Shown here: piece by piece, positions 39,287-47,402 of the stretch | Position numbering within the stretch: the first letter of the stretch is position 1 | How the letters are laid out: every line of letters begins with the position of its first letter | DNA from: an uncultured Bdellovibrionales bacterium | GTDB lineage: Bacteria > Patescibacteriota > Minisyncoccia > Moranbacterales > UBA9337 | DNA: 64,000 nucleotides | Direction: 5' to 3' | Assembly (NCBI GenBank): GCA_964605525.1 | Contig: CAZSCV010000002.1 | Location: 5,888-69,887, forward strand | Notes under the pieces: model-generated | Told to the model about the DNA's origin: nothing | The model's input: the letters and a program-made list of their open reading frames with translations, nothing else | Databases searched by the model: none | Made by a program: the position numbers and the translations under genes

Positions 39287-40549
39287 ATGCAAATAAAACT
39301 GAATCATATAAATAAAATTGAGGGACATGCTGGGTTTATGGCGAGTGTTCTTAATGGAGATGTGAAGTCGGCAAAGATTGAAGTAAAAGAGGGGATTCGC
39401 TTGATTGAAGGAATTTTGATTGGACGGCATTATGCCGATATGCCGGTGGTGGCGCAAAGAATTTGTGGGATATGCCCAGTAGTGCATAATCTCACCTCAA
39501 TCAAATCAATCGAGAACGCTATGGGGGTGAAAGTTTCACAGGAAACAATCAATTTGCGAAAGGCTTTGGAATGGGGGCAAATTATCCATTCTCATTCGCT
39601 CCATCTTTTCTTTTTGTCGTTGGCTGATTTTTTGGATATTGATAATGATTTGAAATTAGTGGAAAAGTATCCTGAGGAAACTCAAAAGGCGATTGCGCTT
39701 CGAGAATATGGGATGGCGATTGTGAAAATAATCGGCGGGCGCGTGGTGCATCCGCTTACCAATGAAGTTGGAGGTTTCAAAAAAGTTCCTCGATTGGAAG
39801 AAATTCAGGCTTTAATAAAACAAGGAGAGGCTACGCTTTTGACGGCATTTGAAGTGGCGGAATTTTTCAAAGGAATAAAATTGCCAAAATTTGAAAGAGA
39901 AACTGAATATGTTTGCTTGGACGCGCGTGGTGAGTATGCGATTTATGACGGAGATTTGGTTTCCAATCGCGGACTCAATGTTCCAGTTTTGGAATTTGAA
40001 AAGAATTTTCATGAAGTTCAACGTCCAAGGGAAATTATCAAAAGAGTGGAGTCGGACGGAAAAACCAGTTATATGGTCGGCGCAATTGCGAGAATAAATA
40101 ATCATCACAAAAAACTTCATTCCAAAGCCACACAATATCTTGATTCGCTCGGATTTTCTTTTCCGGATTACAACCCATTTCACAATGTTTTGTATCAAAT
40201 GGTGGAGGTTATCCATGGAATTGAAGAGTCGTTGCGGATTTTGCACATTTTAGCTAACAGTAATTTGGAAAATGCTATCACGAAAGAGTATCAGGTGCGA
40301 GAGGGGTTTGGAGTTGCCGCTGTGGAAGCGCCGCGCGGAACGCTTTATTATCATGTTGATATCGATAGTAAGGGTTATATCAAAGACGTGAATATTATCT
40401 CTCCGACAGCTCAATTTTTGAGTCATCTGGAAGATGATGTCAGGAAATATTTGCCGGAAATTTTAAATATTTCAGATAAGGATAAAGAAAAAAAAATGCG
40501 CGCTTTTATACGGGCATATGACCCGTGTATAAGTTGCGCAGTACATTAA
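39287..40549 (+). CDS. [NiFe]-hydrogenase large (alpha) subunit, group 3b-like
   Basis: KIEGH, L1 RICGICPVVH, EAPRG.L, L2 DPCISCAVH. Confidence 0.93.
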   Translation: MQIKLNHINKIEGHAGFMASVLNGDVKSAKIEVKEGIRLIEGILIGRHYADMPVVAQRICGICPVVHNLTSIKSIENAMGVKVSQETINLRKALEWGQIIHSHSLHLFFLSLADFLDIDNDLKLVEKYPEETQKAIALREYGMAIVKIIGGRVVHPLTNEVGGFKKVPRLEEIQALIKQGEATLLTAFEVAEFFKGIKLPKFERETEYVCLDARGEYAIYDGDLVSNRGLNVPVLEFEKNFHEVQRPREIIKRVESDGKTSYMVGAIARINNHHKKLHSKATQYLDSLGFSFPDYNPFHNVLYQMVEVIHGIEESLRILHILANSNLENAITKEYQVREGFGVAAVEAPRGTLYYHVDIDSKGYIKDVNIISPTAQFLSHLEDDVRKYLPEILNISDKDKEKKMRAFIRAYDPCISCAVH

Positions 40550-40553
40550 ATTT

Positions 40554-40829
40554 ATGCATGATTTTTTGCTTGCTAAGGAGATAGTTGATGAGGTTTTGAA
40601 AATTGCCGAGGAAAAAAAATTGAAAAAAGTTTCTCGAGTCGATGTCGAGATTGGTCAGATTGCGATGGCGCACGACGGACACGATGAGCATATTGAAGAT
40701 ATTTCGATTGAAAATTTGAAGTTTGGATTGGAAGGAATTTCGAGAAATACCATTTTGAAGGATGCGGAATTTGGTATAAAAAAAATTGAAGGCGAACATT
40801 GGAAAATTGTTTTAATTGAAGGGGAATAG
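40554..40829 (+). CDS. hypA: HypA-like nickel chaperone lacking zinc-finger cysteines
   Basis: MHD N-terminus, V..V.VEIG, follows the large subunit; no Cys. Confidence 0.7.
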   Translation: MHDFLLAKEIVDEVLKIAEEKKLKKVSRVDVEIGQIAMAHDGHDEHIEDISIENLKFGLEGISRNTILKDAEFGIKKIEGEHWKIVLIEGE

Positions 40830-40856
40830 GGTGTTTTTTTAATTGATTATTATAAA

Positions 40857-41000
40857 TAGGACTTACGCATTTAGATAATTTTCGTATGGTTTTCCGGAAA
40901 AATATTTTTTTCTCCGGTCCTTTCGAGGGACACGGACAGCTGCGAAAAAAACATTTTTCCGGGAAACCGAGAGTTTTGTTATCTAATTACGCAAGTCTTA
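40857..41000. mobile_element. MITE-like element with terminal and nested inverted repeats
   Basis: TAGGACTTACGCATTTAGATAA ... TTATCTAATTACGCAAGTCTTA (18/22) plus 24-bp inner IR. Confidence 0.6.
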
Positions 41001-41010
41001 AATAAAAAAT

Positions 41011-42018
41011 ATGTTTGGAAAAAAGAAAGTTAAAATTGCAATTAATGGGTTTGGGAGAATTGGGCGGCCGTCGCTTAAGTTTGCTTTGGAAAAAGGAATC
41101 GAAGTTGTCGCAATCAATGATTTGACTGATATTGAAACTGTCGCGCATCTGCTCAAATATGATTCATCATATGGAGTGTATGCAAAAAATGTGGAAGTGG
41201 ACAAGGAAAAAAGCGAGCTTGTTGTTGATGGAAAAAGAATTAAATATTTTTCCGAGATGGATCCGAAAAATCTTCCCTGGGAAAAGTTGCAGGTGGACGT
41301 GGTTTTGGAGTGCACAGGAGCGTTTCTCACGAAAGAAAAGGTGCAAGCGCATCTCGATGCGGGAGCGAAGAAAGTTTTGATGTCCGCTCCTCCCAGGGAT
41401 GATGTGCCGGTATATCTTTTGGGCGTAAATGAAAAAGAATATCAAGGCGAAGCGGTGGTTTCCAATGGATCTTGCACGACCAATTGTTTGGCGCCGATGA
41501 TAAAGGTGTTGGACGGACTTTGCGGAATTGAAAAAGGGTTTATGACCACCACTCATTCATATACCAATGATCAAAGAGTGCTTGATCTTCCGCACAAAGA
41601 TTTGCGACGAGCCAGGGCGGCCGCGTTAAATATTATTCCAACTTCTACCGGAGCGGCAAAAACAGTAGGAAAGGTGATCAAGCATTTGGAAGGAAAAATT
41701 GATGGAATTTCACTCCGCGTTCCAACGCCGGTTGTTTCGATTGTTGATTTTGTTTGTACAGTGAAAAATCCGAAATCAGCTGAAGAAATTAATGCTGTTT
41801 TCCGCGAGGCATCCAAGGGGGAATTGGCAGGGATATTGGATGCGACTGATAAAGAATTGGTGTCGATGGATTACAAAATGAATCCAATGAGTGCAATTGT
41901 GGATCTTCCGCTCACGATGTCGCAGGACAATATGGTGAAAATCGTTGGATGGTATGATAATGAATGGGGATATTCCAACCGTTTAGTGGAAATGGCAGAA
42001 TATATCTCGAAATTGTAA
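41011..42018 (+). CDS. gap: type I glyceraldehyde-3-phosphate dehydrogenase
   Basis: INGFGRIGR, SNGSCTTNCLAP, IIPTSTGAAK, WYDNEWGYS. Confidence 0.98.
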   Translation: MFGKKKVKIAINGFGRIGRPSLKFALEKGIEVVAINDLTDIETVAHLLKYDSSYGVYAKNVEVDKEKSELVVDGKRIKYFSEMDPKNLPWEKLQVDVVLECTGAFLTKEKVQAHLDAGAKKVLMSAPPRDDVPVYLLGVNEKEYQGEAVVSNGSCTTNCLAPMIKVLDGLCGIEKGFMTTTHSYTNDQRVLDLPHKDLRRARAAALNIIPTSTGAAKTVGKVIKHLEGKIDGISLRVPTPVVSIVDFVCTVKNPKSAEEINAVFREASKGELAGILDATDKELVSMDYKMNPMSAIVDLPLTMSQDNMVKIVGWYDNEWGYSNRLVEMAEYISKL

Positions 42019-42031
42019 AATTATTTTTTCC

Positions 42032-42065
42032 AAAAAACCGCCTCGATTTTTCGAAGCGGTTTTTT
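42032..42065 (+). terminator. intrinsic terminator after gap
   Basis: AAAAAACCGCCTCGA-TTTT-TCGAAGCGGTTTTTT. Confidence 0.75.
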
Positions 42066-42154
42066 ATTTGCCAAAATATTGATGAGGGGGTAAAATTGAA
42101 GTAAGGAAAAAAAAGTGGCTTGTCATTTTGTGGCGAGAGAAACAAAAAACAAAA

Positions 42155-43756
42155 ATGTACGATATTATCATTAAAAATGGGACTGTTATTGACGGAACAG
42201 GGCGACCCATGGTCAAAGCGGACATCGGCATTCAGGAAGGCTTCATACAAAAGATAGGGAGCCTTCATAATGAACGCGCGAGTAAGATTATCGATGCCGA
42301 AGGGCAATACGTTGCTCCCGGGTTTATTGATGTCAATAATCATTCCGATACCTATTGGAGGATTTTCGTCGATCCTCAATTGGAAAGTTTGGTGTATCAA
42401 GGAATTACAACCATTATTGGAGGAAACTGCGGTTCATCATTGGCACCCTTGGTTGACCGGGAAATTATTCGATCCATTCAAAAATGGGTAAATGTTGATA
42501 AAGTTAATTTCAACTGGCTCAGTATGGAAGAATTTTTCCGGGAAGTGGAAGCGACAAAATTATCTGTTAATTTTGCCAGCCTTGTGGGACATAGCACATT
42601 AAGGAGAGGAATTATTCAGGACCAAATGCGAGAAATGACTCCTGATGAATTTGAGAAGATGAAAAAAATGCTCAAACGAGCAATGAAAGAAGGAGCTTTG
42701 GGATTTTCAACCGGATTGGTATATACGCATGCCAAGCAGGCAAAAATGGAAGAAATTGTGCAACTGGCTGAGATTGTCAAAAAATATGACGGAGTGTATG
42801 CTACGCATATGCGAGGAGAAGGAAAAGATCTTATTGAGTCCATTGAAGAAGCAATTGAAGTGGCGCAAAAAACCGGAGTAAAAATGCAAGTTTCCCATTT
42901 GAAAGTAATGGGTGAGGAAAATTGGAATTTGATGACTGAGGCGGTAAACTTGATTGAAACAGCCAGGGGAAATGGCATTGATGTGAATTTTGACGTATAT
43001 CCTTATACCATTACCGGATCCGTGCTGTATATTTTTCTTCCGGACTGGGTCTCTGAGGGAGGCAGAAAAATGATGCTTCACCGGCTAAAAGATCCAAGCA
43101 GAAGAAGGCAGATAATTGCAGAAATGCGAAGCAATAAATTTGATTTTTCAAAAATAACCATCTCCATTTCTCCTCTTAACAAAACCCTCACGAGAAAAAA
43201 AATTACAGAAATTGCCGCTTCGCAAGGGAAATCAGTCGAAGAAGCCATTATTGATATTTTAATTGCCAGTGAAGGTCAAGTAGTGACAATGACAGAGGCT
43301 CTCAGTGAAAAAAATGTTGCCAGAGCGATTCAACACCCATTTTCTATTATAGCCTCAAATGGATCAGGTTATTCCAGGGAATATCGAAATGCAGGAGAAT
43401 TGGTTCATCCAAGAAATTTCGGTTCTTTTCCTCGCGTACTCTCCAAATATGTCCGCCAGGATCGAATCTTGAGCTGGGAAGAGGCGATACATAAAATGAG
43501 CGGAAAACCAGCGGTTAAGTTTGGATTGAAAAAACGAGGAATATTGGAGGTTGGGAATTTTGCCGATGTAGTTGTTTTTGACCCGGAAAAAGTGGTTGAC
43601 CTGGCAACAGCCCAGGACCCATATAATTATTGCAAAGGAATTTCAACTGTCATTGTTAATGGAAAGATTTCCTTAGAGCAAGGGCGTTTCAATGGAATGA
43701 GATTCGGAGAAGTCATTCGTTCCGGCAATTTTAAAAAATACTTCAATCTTTTTTAA
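42155..43756 (+). CDS. N-acyl-D-amino-acid deacylase-like amidohydrolase
   Basis: IDGTG, APGFID, QGITT.IGGNCG, GFSTGL.Y, HMR, SHLK, HPRNFGSFPR. Confidence 0.85.
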   Translation: MYDIIIKNGTVIDGTGRPMVKADIGIQEGFIQKIGSLHNERASKIIDAEGQYVAPGFIDVNNHSDTYWRIFVDPQLESLVYQGITTIIGGNCGSSLAPLVDREIIRSIQKWVNVDKVNFNWLSMEEFFREVEATKLSVNFASLVGHSTLRRGIIQDQMREMTPDEFEKMKKMLKRAMKEGALGFSTGLVYTHAKQAKMEEIVQLAEIVKKYDGVYATHMRGEGKDLIESIEEAIEVAQKTGVKMQVSHLKVMGEENWNLMTEAVNLIETARGNGIDVNFDVYPYTITGSVLYIFLPDWVSEGGRKMMLHRLKDPSRRRQIIAEMRSNKFDFSKITISISPLNKTLTRKKITEIAASQGKSVEEAIIDILIASEGQVVTMTEALSEKNVARAIQHPFSIIASNGSGYSREYRNAGELVHPRNFGSFPRVLSKYVRQDRILSWEEAIHKMSGKPAVKFGLKKRGILEVGNFADVVVFDPEKVVDLATAQDPYNYCKGISTVIVNGKISLEQGRFNGMRFGEVIRSGNFKKYFNLF

Positions 43757-43804
43757 TATTTTCCCGGATAAGAACAGATGGAATTTATAACCAGATAAAA
43801 ATCT

Positions 43805-45214
43805 ATGGATGTTTCGTATTTTAAAGGTAAAAAAATAACCGTATTGGGGCTGGGGCTTTTGGGCGGAGGATTGGGTGTGGTTAAATTTTTGATCAAACAT
43901 GGAGCGCGCGTGATTGTTACGGATATGAAATCCAGAGAACAACTGGAGTCTTCTTTGAAAAAATTGGAAGGAGTAAAAAACATCGAATATGTTTTGGGAC
44001 ACCATCGTCCGGAAGATTTTACGAAAGTAGATATGGTTGTTAAGAACCCGGCTGTTTCTTGGGATAATAAATATATAAAAATGGCGCTGGACAAAAAAAT
44101 TCCAGTAGAGATGGATTCAAGTTTATTTTTTCAATTATGTAAAAATCCAATTATCGGAGTTACCGGGACAAAGGGAAAAACCACCATTGCTTCAATGATT
44201 TTTGATTTGCTGAAGTTGGTAGGAAAAAATGCAATCACAGTAGGAATCGGAACGGCTTCGGTTTTGGATAAAATTGAAGAATTGAAAAAGGACAGCGTAG
44301 TGGTTTTCGAGCTTTCCAGCTGGAGGCTTTCAGCTTTGAGTAGAATTAAAAAAAGCCCGCATATTGCTGTGATGAAAAATATTCTTCCCGATCATTTGAA
44401 CTATTATAAGACAATGAAAGAATATATCGAGGATAAGAAAAACATTTTTGCTTTTCAGGGTCCAAAAGATTGTTTAATTGTCAATGATGATGATGAAAAG
44501 GTCCAGGAAATTATCAGCGATTCAAAAGCGAAAATAATTTCTTTTTCCGAAAAACCGATTAAGAAAAATTACTCTGTTTTTTTGGAAAACGGACACATAT
44601 ACTTAAACAATGGAATTGATGTCCGAAAATTGGTCGCCCTGGAAGACATAAAAATTATTGGCAGGCACAGTATCATAAATGTGATGGCGGCAATTGGGGC
44701 AGTATATGCTTTCGGGCTTAAGGTTTCGGAAATTAAAGATGCGGTAGTCAAATTGAAAGGAATTGCCCATCGCATGGAGTTTATTAGAGAGGTTTCCGAA
44801 GTGAGGTATTACAATGATACAGCGGCCACAATTCCACAGGCTGCAATTTCCGCTATCAATTCTTTCGAAAAAAAGGAAATAATTTTGATTGCAGGAGGAT
44901 CGGACAAAAATTTGGATTTTTCGGAATTTGCCAAAGAAATAGTTGCTTATTCAAAAGGGATAATTTTTCTAAAAGGAGATGCGACTGAAAAATTAATCTC
45001 TGAGATCAGAAAAAATCTTCCCAAAGAGGATAAAGATAAAAAGTTTATTGTCGTAGATTCAATGGATAAAGCGGTTGAATTTGCTTCTCGTAGTGCTGAA
45101 AAAGGGGATGTGGTTCTTTTATCTCCCGGAGCGGCGAGTTTTGGATTGTTCGCTAACGAATTTGAACGCGGAGACAGGTTTCGTAAAGCGGTGAATGAAT
45201 TAAAAATTCGATAA
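43805..45214 (+). CDS. murD: UDP-N-acetylmuramoyl-L-alanine--D-glutamate ligase
   Basis: GLGLLG, GTKGKTT, ELSSW, DHLNYY, YNDTAAT, LLSPGAASF. Confidence 0.93.
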   Translation: MDVSYFKGKKITVLGLGLLGGGLGVVKFLIKHGARVIVTDMKSREQLESSLKKLEGVKNIEYVLGHHRPEDFTKVDMVVKNPAVSWDNKYIKMALDKKIPVEMDSSLFFQLCKNPIIGVTGTKGKTTIASMIFDLLKLVGKNAITVGIGTASVLDKIEELKKDSVVVFELSSWRLSALSRIKKSPHIAVMKNILPDHLNYYKTMKEYIEDKKNIFAFQGPKDCLIVNDDDEKVQEIISDSKAKIISFSEKPIKKNYSVFLENGHIYLNNGIDVRKLVALEDIKIIGRHSIINVMAAIGAVYAFGLKVSEIKDAVVKLKGIAHRMEFIREVSEVRYYNDTAATIPQAAISAINSFEKKEIILIAGGSDKNLDFSEFAKEIVAYSKGIIFLKGDATEKLISEIRKNLPKEDKDKKFIVVDSMDKAVEFASRSAEKGDVVLLSPGAASFGLFANEFERGDRFRKAVNELKIR

Positions 45215-45224
45215 AATTAAATAT

Positions 45225-46139
45225 ATGAAATATGATTTGGCAATTATTGGCGCCGGACCGGCTGGGCTTTCGGCGTCTGTGTACGCTTCGCGGTATGGAA
45301 TAAAAAATGTTGTCATTGGAGGAATTGCCGGCGGGTTGGTGACGGAAACCCACGAAATCGGAAATTGGTTGGGGGCGCAAAAAATATCCGGATTTGAATT
45401 TGCGCAAAAAGCAGTGGAACACGTCAAAAGTTTGGGAGTAAATATTGAGTCAGTTAATGTTGATCAAATTGAAAAGGAGAAGGATGCGTTTGAACTTTTT
45501 TTAAGTAGTGGAAAAAAGGTGCAAGCCAAGACAGTTCTGCTTACAATGGGAACAAAGCATCGGCACTTGGGAATTCCCGGGGAAAAAGAATTGGCCGGAA
45601 AAGGGGTTTCGTATTGCGCCACTTGCGACGGATTTTTTTATCGGGAAAAAATTACGGCGGTTGTCGGCGGATCTGACAGCGCTGCTTCGGCTGCGCTTCA
45701 TTTGGCGGGAATTGCGGAAAAAGTATATTTAATTTACCGCGGTGAAAAATTGCGGGCGGAAAATTTTTGGGTAGAATCTATTTTGAAAAATAAAAAAATC
45801 GAGGTTTTGTATAATACTAATATTAAAGAAATAAAAGGAGAGCAGAAAGTGGAAGAAATTGTCCTAGATAATCCATTTTGCGGTTCGGAAGTTTTGAAAA
45901 CAGATGGGATTTTTATAGAAATAGGATTGGAGCCGAATGTTAATTTGGTGGAAAATTTGAATATTGATTTGGATGAGGAGGGATATATTAAAATTGAATC
46001 CGATGGAAGAACAAGTGAAAAAGGAATTTGGGCAGCCGGAGATATTACAACCGGATCAAATAAATTCAAGCAAATAGTTACCGCCGCCGCTGAAGGAGCT
46101 ATCGCAACAGCCAGTATCCAAAAACACTTGAAAAAATAA
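45225..46139 (+). CDS. trxB: thioredoxin-disulfide reductase
   Basis: GAGPAG, GVSYCATCDG, VGGSDSA, AAGD. Confidence 0.92.
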   Translation: MKYDLAIIGAGPAGLSASVYASRYGIKNVVIGGIAGGLVTETHEIGNWLGAQKISGFEFAQKAVEHVKSLGVNIESVNVDQIEKEKDAFELFLSSGKKVQAKTVLLTMGTKHRHLGIPGEKELAGKGVSYCATCDGFFYREKITAVVGGSDSAASAALHLAGIAEKVYLIYRGEKLRAENFWVESILKNKKIEVLYNTNIKEIKGEQKVEEIVLDNPFCGSEVLKTDGIFIEIGLEPNVNLVENLNIDLDEEGYIKIESDGRTSEKGIWAAGDITTGSNKFKQIVTAAAEGAIATASIQKHLKK

Positions 46140-46218
46140 TCAAGATATCTGCATAAATGCTCATACTTTCATCAATTGAGTTGTTTAAGATATTTGGCAA
46201 ATGGTGTAAAATATTAGC

Positions 46219-47340
46219 ATGAAAAGAATTGGAATTGATGCGCGTTTTTTCGGGTCTGTGGGTAAAGGACTTGGAAGATATACGCAAAAATTGATTGAGA
46301 ATTTGGAGAAAATCGATACTCAAAATGAGTATTATATTTTTTTGCGTAAAGAAAATTTCAATGAGTATCAGTCAAAAAAGGAAAATTTTCACAAAGTTTT
46401 GGCGGACTTCCGCTGGTACACTTTTTCCGAGCAAATCAACATGCCTCGATTGCTGAAAAAGTACGATTTGGATTTGATGCACTTTCCGCATTTTAATGTT
46501 CCCCTTTTGTATCGAAAGAAATTTGTCATAACTATTCATGATTTGATTTTGGTGCATTTTCCGACAATTCGCGGAACAACTCTCAATCCGTTTTTCTATT
46601 GGTTTAAATTTTTGGCGTATCGGATTGCAATAAAATCAGCAATAATAAGAGCAAAAAAAATAATCACTGTTTCAAAATTTACCAAAAACGATATCGAAAA
46701 GCATTATCCGCAAGCGCGCGGAAAAGTTTTTATTACATATGAAGCTTGCGAAGATTTTTGTTTTGTCGCTAGCGAGGAAAGCGGGAAGATTTTGCAAAAA
46801 TATGGTATAATTAAACCGTATCTGTTATATGTCGGCAATGCATATCCGCATAAGAATTTGGACGGATTAATCTCGGCATTTGCCAGATTGAAACAAAAAA
46901 TTTCTTCTCTTAATTTGGTGCTAGTCGGCAAGGAGGATTATTTTTACAAGAAGATAAAAGAAAGAGTGGAAAAAGAAGATATTTCCGGTATAAGCTTTCC
47001 TGGATTTATTCCGGACAGGGATTTGGATGCGGTTTATTGTTCTTCCAGGGCTTACGTTTTTCCTTCGCTCTATGAAGGATTTGGACTTCCCCCGCTTGAA
47101 GCAATGGCGAAGGGTATTCCGGTTGCAAGTTCTGATCAAGAGTGTATGAAGGAAATCTTGGAGGATAGTGCGTTGTTTTTTAATGGAAGGTGCCAGGCGG
47201 ATATTGAAGAGAAAATGCGGCAGATTTGCGAGGATTCAAAATTGAGAATAGAACTGGTAAAAAAAGGATACCGGCAAATTGAAAAATACAGTTGGAAAAA
47301 AATGGGAAAAGAAACCCTGGAGATATATCAAAATTCTTAG
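46219..47340 (+). CDS. GT4 family glycosyltransferase
   Basis: IGIDAR, TIHDL, PHKN, PSLYEGFGLPPLEAM. Confidence 0.92.
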   Translation: MKRIGIDARFFGSVGKGLGRYTQKLIENLEKIDTQNEYYIFLRKENFNEYQSKKENFHKVLADFRWYTFSEQINMPRLLKKYDLDLMHFPHFNVPLLYRKKFVITIHDLILVHFPTIRGTTLNPFFYWFKFLAYRIAIKSAIIRAKKIITVSKFTKNDIEKHYPQARGKVFITYEACEDFCFVASEESGKILQKYGIIKPYLLYVGNAYPHKNLDGLISAFARLKQKISSLNLVLVGKEDYFYKKIKERVEKEDISGISFPGFIPDRDLDAVYCSSRAYVFPSLYEGFGLPPLEAMAKGIPVASSDQECMKEILEDSALFFNGRCQADIEEKMRQICEDSKLRIELVKKGYRQIEKYSWKKMGKETLEIYQNS

Positions 47341-47402
47341 AATTCTTGCTTTCAATGAATGTGGTTTTTATAAAATATTCTCGAAAGAAATTGTTATAAA
47401 TC

